A stretch of DNA of 64,000 bases, from IMG/VR virus record IMGVR_UViG_3300033233_001970; one strand, written 5' to 3'. Of the stretch, positions 28,985 to 37,823 are shown piece after piece. The stretch's first letter is position 1, and the number at the start of each line of letters is the position of its first letter. The notes below the pieces were generated by a model that was not told the origin of the DNA, ran no database searches, and saw only the letters and a list, made by a program, of their open reading frames with translations. The position numbers were made by a program, and so were the translations under genes. This DNA is from a virus. Taxonomy: Duplodnaviria; Caudoviricetes.

Positions 28985-29644
28985 ATGATCAACGAAACAC
29001 GAACGAAGCTCGCCGAATTTTGGCGCGACCTTGTTTGTCGGCTCGACGGAAACGACGCCGAGGCCGAATTCGTGTACTGGGAAATTCTCGCCAAATATTA
29101 CACAGAGCCGCACCGTCACTACCACACGCTCGAGCACATCCTAAAGTGCTCGAAAACGCTTCACGAGCTCGTGGCTCCGTACACGATTCAGCGGCCTGAA
29201 GATCTCATGCAGATTGCGCTGTTTTTCCACGACGTCATTTACGATCCGAAACGCAAAGACAATGAAGAGAGGAGTTCGGATGTCTGCGTCGGCGCGTGCG
29301 CGCTCGTCGGGATCGATCGTACGATCGCGGGTCAGGCTGCGCGCATCATCCTCGCCACAAAGCACACGGGCATCGTCCCGGAAGACGATCGTCTCACGCA
29401 GTGGGTTTTGGATGTCGACTTGTCGTCGCTCGGAGCTCCGCCAGAGGAATTCGACCAAGACAGCGCCAACATCCGCAAAGAATACAATTTCGTACCCGAC
29501 GACGATTACAGAAAGGGGCGCGTGAAGATCCTTCAGAGTTTTCTCGATCGTCCTCGAATCTACTTTACGGACGCGTGTCACGATCGGTTCGAAGAGCAGG
29601 CGCGCGCGAATCTCGAGCGAGCGATCCGAGAGCTCTCGACGTGA
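28985..29644 (+). CDS. HD-superfamily metal-dependent phosphohydrolase
   Basis: YTEPHRHYHTLEHI, FHDVIYDP, NEERS, DVDLSSLG, IRKEY. Confidence 0.88.
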   Translation: MINETRTKLAEFWRDLVCRLDGNDAEAEFVYWEILAKYYTEPHRHYHTLEHILKCSKTLHELVAPYTIQRPEDLMQIALFFHDVIYDPKRKDNEERSSDVCVGACALVGIDRTIAGQAARIILATKHTGIVPEDDRLTQWVLDVDLSSLGAPPEEFDQDSANIRKEYNFVPDDDYRKGRVKILQSFLDRPRIYFTDACHDRFEEQARANLERAIRELST

Positions 29645-30294
29645 GAATTCCGAAGCAAGCCGAGCGCATCGGTCGGCTCGTGATTCTGGGCGATGCCGGA
29701 GTCGACGGCTTCGGCCGAAAATTGGTTCGAGTCAAATGCGAATGCAAAACGATCAAGGTTCTCGTAGAGCGCAGTCTTCGTCACAACAAGACGCAGTCAT
29801 GTGGGTGCCTTCAAGTCGAGAGTGTGAAGAAACGTAATACGAAGCACGGTCACGCGGCAAACGATAGCGCTACACCCGAATACGAAGCGTGGCGGACGAT
29901 GATGCACCGCTGCTACGTGAAAACAACGGATAGCTATCCGTACTACGGTGGCAAAGGAATTGGCGTTTGCAAGAAATGGCGAGAGAACTTTGTGGCATTT
30001 CTCGCCGATCTCGGAAACAGACCTTCTGACGATCACGTGCTTTGCCTGCTGGATAAGGACAAAGATTTCAAACCAGGAAACGTAAGATGGCTAACGCTCT
30101 CGGAAGCCAATCGAAAGAAACGAAGCAACACGTTTTACACCGTCAACGGTGTCACCAAGTGTTTCGTGGACTGGGCGACAGAATACGGAATCCCAAAGAA
30201 CACGCTGCATTACCGTGTCGTCACGAAGGGGATGCCGATGCGTGACGCGCTCGATATCGGTAGAGGACGACAGGGAAAGGTGTTGCCAGAATGA
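29641..30294 (+). CDS. phage HNH-like endonuclease-family protein with a degenerate catalytic motif
   Basis: CEC..SCGCL..HGH..EYEAW..M..RC..YGGKGIGVCKKW..F..FLADLGNRP..GNVRW; the usual DRIDN segment reads CLLDK. Confidence 0.75.
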   Translation: MRIPKQAERIGRLVILGDAGVDGFGRKLVRVKCECKTIKVLVERSLRHNKTQSCGCLQVESVKKRNTKHGHAANDSATPEYEAWRTMMHRCYVKTTDSYPYYGGKGIGVCKKWRENFVAFLADLGNRPSDDHVLCLLDKDKDFKPGNVRWLTLSEANRKKRSNTFYTVNGVTKCFVDWATEYGIPKNTLHYRVVTKGMPMRDALDIGRGRQGKVLPE

Positions 30295-30472
30295 GTAATT
30301 TTCGCGCAGTCTGCGATAGTTGTGCTTCGCTCGTCGCTCGTCAGGTTTTTGTTACGATGGCGATAATGGATACGGAGTGCGAATCATGCGGCGCGACGAT
30401 TCGTAGCGGCGACGCAAATGCAGCAGATCCGGAACAATGGAAAGAGATTCTCGTTGCCAGAAAGCGATCGTC

Positions 30473-30973
30473 ATGACCGAAGGCGTTTTCCGCCCATTTC
30501 CGACGAGTCAGTCCGAGATCGAAGAGCTTCGTCAACTGGAGCTCGACGCGTCCAAAGCGCCGTGGGTGACCGACCCGCCGCCAGGAAGCTCAGAGTTCCG
30601 GCGTCGCATTGACCGTCTCTACCAGGGCGGCAGCGAGATCGTGGCGGCGGGGGCCGCGCACAACGACGCGAATCTGATTGTTCTTGTGCGAAACATGCTC
30701 CCTCGACTTTTGGCGACGCTGGACCAGCACCGGTACATTCTCGAGCGACTCAGGGACGGCGTCGGCCTCAAATGCGATGGTGAACGGTTCACATGGTTCC
30801 CGGATCCTGTCACGGGGGCACCTGTTCGGCGTTTTTCGGGATGCAACATCTATCGTAACGGAAATCCTGCGGATCCGGAGGAGAGATGCCTTTCGTGCGA
30901 GGCGGAAATGATCCTCGAACAGATGGACGCCTGGACGCCTGGACGGTTGACACTTGTAGTGCAAGCGAGATAG
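30473..30973 (+). CDS. hypothetical phage protein (Ead/Ea22-like helix motif)
   Basis: ASKAPW...DANLIVLVRNMLPRLL. Confidence 0.55.
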   Translation: MTEGVFRPFPTSQSEIEELRQLELDASKAPWVTDPPPGSSEFRRRIDRLYQGGSEIVAAGAAHNDANLIVLVRNMLPRLLATLDQHRYILERLRDGVGLKCDGERFTWFPDPVTGAPVRRFSGCNIYRNGNPADPEERCLSCEAEMILEQMDAWTPGRLTLVVQAR

Positions 30974-31018
30974 AACCGTCGTCGCAGCGCGCGAGTGGGA
31001 TCGCGCGCAAGGGGAACC

Positions 31019-31312
31019 ATGACGGACGGGATGACGAACACGCAGGCCCTCATCGTCGAGGAGTGCGACATGCTCAAGTCACTCTTGCTCGAAAAGAACA
31101 AAAACTACGGTAATTCCGCAACTCAGCCTCTTAGGATTTTTTCAAAAGCCGATCCTGAAGAGCAGCTTCGTGTACGACTCGACGACAAGATTTCGCGCCT
31201 CTCGCGCGGCGCCGGAGTCACCGCTGCCGAGGACACCGAGCAGGACTTGCTTGGATACCTGATTCTGCTCCGCGTGATGCGTAAGCTGAAGCAACGAGGG
31301 CTCGAGCCGTGA
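31019..31312 (+). CDS. nucleotide-modification-associated (DUF1599/Nmad1-like) protein
   Basis: LLEKNKNYGNS...RVRLDDKISRL...EDTEQDLLGYLIL. Confidence 0.75.
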   Translation: MTDGMTNTQALIVEECDMLKSLLLEKNKNYGNSATQPLRIFSKADPEEQLRVRLDDKISRLSRGAGVTAAEDTEQDLLGYLILLRVMRKLKQRGLEP

Positions 31313-31848
31313 TGCGTCGTCTTGTCGAATGGGCCGCTTCGAAGCTCCAGAACCCGCGCATCATCTCTGACCGCAATGGCACGTCGCCGTACCTATCGCG
31401 GTTCTACATCATCGGCGCGCCGAAGATGCCGGACGGCTCTTCGCCATTTGAAGTCGGCGGCGCCCCGAAACCGGACGCCGTATGGCCGAATAAAGAGCTC
31501 GGTGTGTACCTGCACCACTTCCATCGTGGCGACGACGAGCGCGAGCTACATAACCATCCTTGGCGTTGGGCATTTTCGATCATTCTCGCGGGCGGGTACA
31601 TCGAAGAGCGGCGCGGCAAAGACAATGTCGTGCGTTCACGCATTGTGCGTCCAGGAACGATCAACATCATCCGATCGACGGATTTCCACCGTGTTGATCT
31701 TCTGGATGGTGATGCCTGGTCGCTTTTTGTGGCGGGACCGAAGTTCAAAGGGTGGGGTTTCTGGAATCGAGATACAAACGTATTTCTGCCGTGGCGCCAG
31801 TTCATCAACGAGCTGCGCGGGCCGACGGTATTTGCGAGGGTGTCGTGA
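31309..31848 (+). CDS. phage cupin-like protein
   Basis: LHHFHRGDDERELHNHPW...GGYIEE...FHRV...WSLF...WGF. Confidence 0.7.
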   Translation: MMRRLVEWAASKLQNPRIISDRNGTSPYLSRFYIIGAPKMPDGSSPFEVGGAPKPDAVWPNKELGVYLHHFHRGDDERELHNHPWRWAFSIILAGGYIEERRGKDNVVRSRIVRPGTINIIRSTDFHRVDLLDGDAWSLFVAGPKFKGWGFWNRDTNVFLPWRQFINELRGPTVFARVS

Positions 31849-32080
31849 CGCACAACGATAGTTCCGTTCTGAGCAGTTTCTTGGAAATCGAAGGTCTCCG
31901 TGCCGAGCTCGAGACCGAGCGGCTCCGAACAGAGAAGATGAAGAACGCGCTTCTTCCCTTCACGAAATTCATCATTCATCAGGAGGCTAAGCCGACGGCC
32001 AAGAGAACCATCACCGTGAGCTACAAGATGCTTCTCGACGCGCGTGAAGCGGTCGGTATGTCGGCTGACGGAACCGAGGG

Positions 32081-32641
32081 ATGAGCGGCCTGTACATCCC
32101 GATGAACCGTCGGGATCTGCTTTTCGTGGACTGCGAGACTTCCGGCCTTGAACCGACTGTGCAAGAAATCCTCGAGCTCGCGGCCGTACGCGTGACACAT
32201 GACTTCTCGCGCGAGGTCGGATCGTTTGAACGCAAATGTCGTATGCAGCATCCGGAGCTCGCAGAATCCAAGGCGCTCGAGATCAACAGATACAGCGCGG
32301 AAGAGTGGAAGTACGCCGATCCTATTCTGCTCGCCCTGGTTGATTACACTGATCTCGTAGGCGACAACGAATGTATCGTCGTGGGACAGAATCCGTCTTT
32401 TGATGTTGGTTTTCTCAAAGAGGCGTTCAAACGCGAGGGTATCCCGTATCCGAATACGAAATATCTACTGGACACGGCAAGCATTGCTTGGAGCCTATGT
32501 GTTCGCGGTCACATCGATCGAATCAATCTCGAGACGATTTGCAAGGCGTATGACATCCCGAACGATGGTTCGCACCGCGCGATGGCAGACGTGCGCAGGA
32601 CGATGGCGGCGTACAGGCATTTACTCGGACTAGCAGCGTAA
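32081..32641 (+). CDS. DEDDh 3'-5' exonuclease (DnaQ-like)
   Basis: ExoI VDCETSGL, ExoII QNPSFDVGFL, ExoIII HRAMADV. Confidence 0.92.
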   Translation: MSGLYIPMNRRDLLFVDCETSGLEPTVQEILELAAVRVTHDFSREVGSFERKCRMQHPELAESKALEINRYSAEEWKYADPILLALVDYTDLVGDNECIVVGQNPSFDVGFLKEAFKREGIPYPNTKYLLDTASIAWSLCVRGHIDRINLETICKAYDIPNDGSHRAMADVRRTMAAYRHLLGLAA

Positions 32642-32653
32642 GGACATCTGAAA

Positions 32654-32935
32654 ATGATCCTCATCCTCCGATGTGCCGATATCGAAAAGACACGGGCGTT
32701 CTACGAACACCGTGGCTACGTCTTCACGAAAGAAAAACATGGAGACGGGCCCGATCACTACGCGTGGTCGAGGGACGATATCGTCGTCGAGCTCTATCCG
32801 GCCGAAGACAAGGACGGGCGCCGAGCGGGTGAGACGACCATCATGCTGAATGTATCCGAGCCGCACTCGACGAAGCCTACGGTTTCGGTCGTTCGAGATC
32901 CGGATGGTCGGCGCGTTCTTCAGAACCACGTGTAG
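32654..32935 (+). CDS. glyoxalase/VOC-family protein
   Basis: ILRCADIEKTRAFY..G..F..EKHGDGPDHY...ELYP...DPDGRRV. Confidence 0.8.
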   Translation: MILILRCADIEKTRAFYEHRGYVFTKEKHGDGPDHYAWSRDDIVVELYPAEDKDGRRAGETTIMLNVSEPHSTKPTVSVVRDPDGRRVLQNHV

Positions 32936-33132
32936 CGAATGAGAACGGGGTGTAAAGCGCGCGTTGCAGATCACACGGACACCGTGGACTGTGGTGATTC
33001 CGTTCTGCGCGCGGAACGATGTGCCGTGCATCTGCACGAAGAGGTGGACGATCTTCGGCGCGAGATTCATGAGCACGAAGAAGCTATCGTCAAATGCCGA
33101 TCGCGGCTCGCTCAACTTCAAACGGAATCGGG

Positions 33133-34356
33133 ATGACGCAAATGGCAGCGAAACTGTCCGACCTCGCCGTTTTTCGTAACGAGCACCTTAGCGTCTCAAG
33201 GTTGCGGCTTTACGAGCAATGCCCGCGCGCTTTTTACTTCCGGTACGTCAACAAAGGAGAGACCGCGCCGCGCGGTGAAGCCGCCGCGTTTGGTACCGCG
33301 CTACACGCCGCGCTCGAGCTCATCTATCAATGGATCATCCGCGAGGAATACTCCGGACTTTTCCCGATGGATCAGCTCGTCGAGTGTTATCGGCAGGCGT
33401 GGCAGGAGAGCAAGCTTACCGATGTAGCCATGTATCAAGAAGGGCTCCAGATCCTTCGCATGTACGCGCGCTCGCGCGGTCCGATTGATCATTTCAGCAT
33501 CCTTGCCACCGAGCAAGAATTCAACGTCGATGTCGATGGATTTGTAATGAATGGGTACATCGATCGTGTCGACAAGGTCGATGACGACGCTCTGAAGATT
33601 GTAGATTTCAAGTCGAACCGAAAGCTCTACTCAAGAAACGAGCTCGACAGCGATCTTCAGATGAGTGTGTACGGCATCGCCGCGCGCCATCTGTATCCGT
33701 GGGCCAAGCGTGTGACTTTTGAATTCCACATGCTGCGCTTCGATGTCATCCAAAAAACGGAGCGTACGTCTCAGCAGATCGATGACGCTCGCGGATACGT
33801 CGTGTCCCTCGGACGTCAGACCGAATCCGACACGACCTGGGAACCTCGGCTCAACGAAAACTGCGCGTACTGCGACCACAGGAGACGTTGCGACGCGTAC
33901 GCGAAGGCCGTCCAAGGAAAAGCCGACATCACGAAAGTGGTCGACCCGAACGACCTCACACAGATCGCCAAGGAGCGCGCCGAGGTCGCACGGCTCGCAA
34001 AAATGATGTACGCGCGCCAGAGGGAGCTTGACGATATTTTGAAAGCCAAGCTCAAAGAAGAGGGCGAGTACGACGTCGGCAGCTTCCATGTTCGTTACAT
34101 CAACTCGTTCGAGAGGTCGTACCCGATCGCGAGAACCATTCAGATTTTTGAACGGGTGGGTGTACCGCGCGAAGAAATCGAGAGACGGATTCTTACGGTT
34201 GACAAGGACGCTGTGAGTGATTTGCGTATCTCAGTCACGGAGAAACTCGAGCGCGGACCCGCGCTTCTTCTCAAAGCCGAGCTCGAGGCCGTCGAGGAAA
34301 AGACGCCAGGAACGCCAAGGCTCGACGTGCAGACGATCAGGGGGAACAAGAAATGA
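33133..34356 (+). CDS. PD-(D/E)XK nuclease, RecB/AddB/Cas4-like with four-Cys cluster motif
   Basis: SVSRL..YEQCPR, FGTALH, GYIDRVD, IVDFKS, QMSVY, CAYCDHRRRC. Confidence 0.9.
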   Translation: MTQMAAKLSDLAVFRNEHLSVSRLRLYEQCPRAFYFRYVNKGETAPRGEAAAFGTALHAALELIYQWIIREEYSGLFPMDQLVECYRQAWQESKLTDVAMYQEGLQILRMYARSRGPIDHFSILATEQEFNVDVDGFVMNGYIDRVDKVDDDALKIVDFKSNRKLYSRNELDSDLQMSVYGIAARHLYPWAKRVTFEFHMLRFDVIQKTERTSQQIDDARGYVVSLGRQTESDTTWEPRLNENCAYCDHRRRCDAYAKAVQGKADITKVVDPNDLTQIAKERAEVARLAKMMYARQRELDDILKAKLKEEGEYDVGSFHVRYINSFERSYPIARTIQIFERVGVPREEIERRILTVDKDAVSDLRISVTEKLERGPALLLKAELEAVEEKTPGTPRLDVQTIRGNKK

Positions 34357-34784
34357 AGATCAAGTTGCATGGCAAGATTCGATCGATGAACGCATCCGAG
34401 CCTGATACAGACGGCCGCGTGCGTATCGAGCTGAGCGCCAATGGCCAAGTTTTTTCTGATAAGGCGTCTGGCAAGGAAGCCCACGTCGACATCGTTCTCT
34501 TCGTGAAGACGCTTTTCGCGGAACAGATCAAATTCGGTCAGCCGATGACGATCGAGCTCTCGACGGAGGAATAGCCATGCAGGAAGTTGCGCACATTCGA
34601 GAGAAGACCGCTCCTCCGAAAATGATCTACGTCCTCTTTTCCAAGAGCGGAAAAATCATTGGCACGTTTGGCGCGTGGCAGAGGGCGAGAGCAGCAGCGA
34701 TTCGGTGGAACCGCAAAGACAAGCTGTCCTCGCCGCACGTGGTGCAGGGCTACGTCCGATTCGACCGAGCATGAGCGACGGACG

Positions 34785-35231
34785 ATGACCACCTGGGATG
34801 AAGCCGAAGAGGCGATGCTCGACGACGGCGAAGCTGCCGCGCCGGTAGAGGAAGAGGATCCTTTTCGGCAGACCGAGCCAGAGCCGCCCGTGCCCGCTCC
34901 CGCTCCCGCTCCTGTGCGTATGCCGTCGCTCGTTGTGGTCGAACATTTCGATTTCACTATGGTCGACATGAATGCCTCGGGCGCGAACCTTCGGGTACGG
35001 CAGATATCGCGCGGAGAGGCTCTGTCGCTGATGAGCAAGTACAACGCCGAGGTTCTGGCCCTGAACGTTCGTGGGCAGCTCTCGCTCGAACGTGAGCTCG
35101 GGATGGACGACTCGAGGGTGCCACGCATCGGCCCCGGCCGAAGCCTTCTTGTGATGACGTACATCAGATTTTCGGACGTGCGGTGGCACCTCGTCGAATA
35201 CGAATCCGACGGGGACGGGGTGATCGACTAG
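34785..35231 (+). CDS. hypothetical protein (acidic/Pro N-terminus)
   Basis: MTTWDEAEE start within track ORF 34659..35231. Confidence 0.5.
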   Translation: MTTWDEAEEAMLDDGEAAAPVEEEDPFRQTEPEPPVPAPAPAPVRMPSLVVVEHFDFTMVDMNASGANLRVRQISRGEALSLMSKYNAEVLALNVRGQLSLERELGMDDSRVPRIGPGRSLLVMTYIRFSDVRWHLVEYESDGDGVID

Positions 35232-35243
35232 AAGGGGAAAACC

Positions 35244-35789
35244 ATGAGCAACATCGAACGCGTCATTCGGGCAACGCTTCCTGCCGTTCCGAAGACTAAT
35301 TACTTTTATCCTACGCCTGATCTGATGGATTTGACGAAGGAGGGTTGGGAAGTCGTCGAACGATTTGACGTTGACGAAGTAATTCAAACTTCAGAACAAG
35401 TTTTGTCTACAATGAATCAGAACGGGTACCAATCACCACCAACAACGGTGATGCATGAGCACATCGGCAAGCAGGCGTATTTTCGACTTCGCAAGGGCGG
35501 CGAGATCGTCATCGGCGAGCTCAGCGAAGAGATTTCGCGCCTAAAACTTCTTCACGAAAGCGATCTTCGTAAAATCGGCGAGCTCGATCAAGCGGCCAAG
35601 AAGCTCGAGACGGAGCTTACGAAAGTGCGTGCGAGCCTGGAGAGCAGCTACGAATCCAACGAAGTGATTCGCAGGCAGAAGGATCAGATAGAGCAGATCA
35701 AGCGTCAGCTCGAAGGCGACATCGGCAAGATTCGCGAGCACGTCGGAAAGAAAACGATGGGCGAGATCCTCGGCGATAGGAAGATTTAA
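35244..35789 (+). CDS. coiled-coil protein; last gene of the + block
   Basis: AAGGGG RBS; long heptad-like C-terminus. Confidence 0.7.
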   Translation: MSNIERVIRATLPAVPKTNYFYPTPDLMDLTKEGWEVVERFDVDEVIQTSEQVLSTMNQNGYQSPPTTVMHEHIGKQAYFRLRKGGEIVIGELSEEISRLKLLHESDLRKIGELDQAAKKLETELTKVRASLESSYESNEVIRRQKDQIEQIKRQLEGDIGKIREHVGKKTMGEILGDRKI

Positions 35790-36073
35790 GGGAGACACGG
35801 AGACACCCATGCAGAAGGGTTCCTCTGTCGAGATGAAACACCCATAGATCGATCAAACGTGTAATCCAACGCTTGGCATCATTCTGAGTGCGTGAGTATT
35901 GCGCCCCGCGATAGCCAACCGTCTCGCCATCGATTTGAATTGAAACCGAATAGCCCCAGGCCGTTTTGTGAGCAGACGCTCGTAGATGGCGCCCACGCAG
36001 GACGCCTTCCCGGTCGAAATCGAGACTGTCTTTGAACCACGGAGTTGTCCACTTGACGCCGTGCATTTGATCC

Positions 36074-36682
36074 TCAAGCCGCTCGACGTCGCAAACGTCG
36101 TGGGCGTCGCGCATGGCGCACAGGATGCTCAGGTGGCGAAGACCACGCTCTGCTGGACATCCGTTTCTCCACCGCACCGTACGCGAGCACGCCGGCCGCC
36201 CCGAGCGCCAGGCCGCCCACGACGAACAGAAGCGCCTTGCCCGTGGTCGACATGCCTACCGGCGTCGTACCGTACGCCCTCAAAACCGACTCGGCGAGCG
36301 CGACGCGTCGCGGCGTGTTGCACGTGCCGCATCGCTCGAATTTGTCCTGAAAGACGATGGTCGCGTCGGCGACGTTTGTGGTCGATCTGAGCGCCGCGAG
36401 GCCGTAGCTAGGAATGGTTGCGAGCTCTTGCCAAAGAAAATCAAGCTGGAGATCGAGCGACCAGACATCCCGTCCAGTTTGAGCGGCGTAAGCCTGCGCC
36501 TGGCTCCAACGTTGACCCAAACTCCATTGGCCGATCCCGCGTCCAGGGCCGGTCGCCTGCGCGGCCGTTGGATTCATCCCGGACTCTTGGTCGAGATTCC
36601 CGACGACGCCGGCAGCCTGAAAGTCCGTCAGCCCTTTGGAGACGAAGAAATCAAACGCGGTTCTGTCGTTGGGCGACGGCAT
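36074..36682 (-). CDS. phage-tail-type lysozyme domain with C-terminal TM helix
   Basis: GLTDFQAAGVVGNLDQES.MNP...GRGIGQW...QLDFLWQEL...FER; then ALLFVVGGLALGAAGVLAYGAV. Confidence 0.85.
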   Translation of the reverse strand: MPSPNDRTAFDFFVSKGLTDFQAAGVVGNLDQESGMNPTAAQATGPGRGIGQWSLGQRWSQAQAYAAQTGRDVWSLDLQLDFLWQELATIPSYGLAALRSTTNVADATIVFQDKFERCGTCNTPRRVALAESVLRAYGTTPVGMSTTGKALLFVVGGLALGAAGVLAYGAVEKRMSSRAWSSPPEHPVRHARRPRRLRRRAA

Positions 36683-36694
36683 ACGCGAAGACTA

Positions 36695-37618
36695 TCATGA
36701 TCGCGCGACGAAAACCGAATCGATGGCATCGCGAATCTGCTCCCATGAAAGAGAGCTTCCGAGTTTGCGAGGAGAGCCACCGATGATGTCGGAGCCGCCC
36801 CAGGCATCGATGTTGGTGTCCTCGCATTCGTTCAACGCTCTGTAGATTCGGTCGAGAGGAAAATCGATGTACCGCGACCGACGACCGACCGAATAAACGA
36901 ATCGACCATCTGGCCGTCGTGCGACGAGGCTCACGAACGCGTTCATGCCTTTTGAGAACATGACGTAACGAGCTTCGTTTCCTCCCACTTCATCCAAAAT
37001 CGCGTATCCGTGTGGCGACTCGTGAAGCACGGTGACGTCTTGACGAAGCTCACGTCGCCCAGCCTGTCCCATGAGCACCGCTTGGAGACGAGCGTGAATG
37101 GCTTCGACGCAATTGCGCATACACGTTTCGTCCGCCACTGCGAGCGATCCGCTCGTACGGAGCTCGGCGTAGGGCTCGAACGCCCAGGAATGCATCGCAA
37201 GCACCTCGTCATCGAGACGCATCGGGTATGCGCCGCCCGTGATGTCGAGGCGATCGTTGAGCGTGAGAAGACGATTGATGTGTGGATGGCTTTGTACGTT
37301 GTCGAAGAGGCTGTGATTTTTGAGGAGCCAGGTTGCAAGGGACGTGTCTTGGTCGGGATCGTTGATCCACACGGTTGCTTCGCCGCCCAATCGATTCATG
37401 AGCCCGCCTTTGATGGCGAACATGACCTGCATGGCGGTCGACATGGTGGCTTCGCGCACCACGCCGTCGTGATGATCGAAATTGGCGTAGAGTGTTCGCT
37501 CGTCCCAACGAGGCCCGCCGGTTACGAAACCGTCGAGCGCGATGCTTTTTGGCGGTGCCGTCTTGAGAAACTCGGGCCACGATAGGGCTTCGCGTGGACG
37601 GATGATGAGTTTGATCAT
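36695..37618 (-). CDS. DHH-motif putative phosphoesterase
   Basis: IALDG, NFDHH, INDPDQD, C-terminal WGGSDIIGGSPR. Confidence 0.55.
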   Translation of the reverse strand: MIKLIIRPREALSWPEFLKTAPPKSIALDGFVTGGPRWDERTLYANFDHHDGVVREATMSTAMQVMFAIKGGLMNRLGGEATVWINDPDQDTSLATWLLKNHSLFDNVQSHPHINRLLTLNDRLDITGGAYPMRLDDEVLAMHSWAFEPYAELRTSGSLAVADETCMRNCVEAIHARLQAVLMGQAGRRELRQDVTVLHESPHGYAILDEVGGNEARYVMFSKGMNAFVSLVARRPDGRFVYSVGRRSRYIDFPLDRIYRALNECEDTNIDAWGGSDIIGGSPRKLGSSLSWEQIRDAIDSVFVARS

Positions 37619-37823
37619 GATTGAAAACAATCGCAATCTGTTTTGCAGTGTTCGATAGGGCTGTTCAGCCGTATGTTTTCTGCTTTGTCGCGTGAAGCAC
37701 ATATGCGAGTGTGCCCGCCATCCGAAAAACTCCAGCCATCTGGGAGCACCACGTCCCATCCGCTAAATGATCCGCGTTCGACGGTTGCGGCGAGTCGTGC
37801 GGCGTAGCTGCTCATAATCCTGT

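Noticed and set aside
33133-34356. Cas4 as the adaptation module of the pentamer system
   Set aside because: It is 27 kb away, and solo RecB/Cas4-like nucleases are common in phages; no linkage evidence.
35791-35806. GGAGACAC tandem repeat or terminator at the strand-convergence point
   Set aside because: Only two 8-bp copies, with no convincing hairpin plus U-tract.
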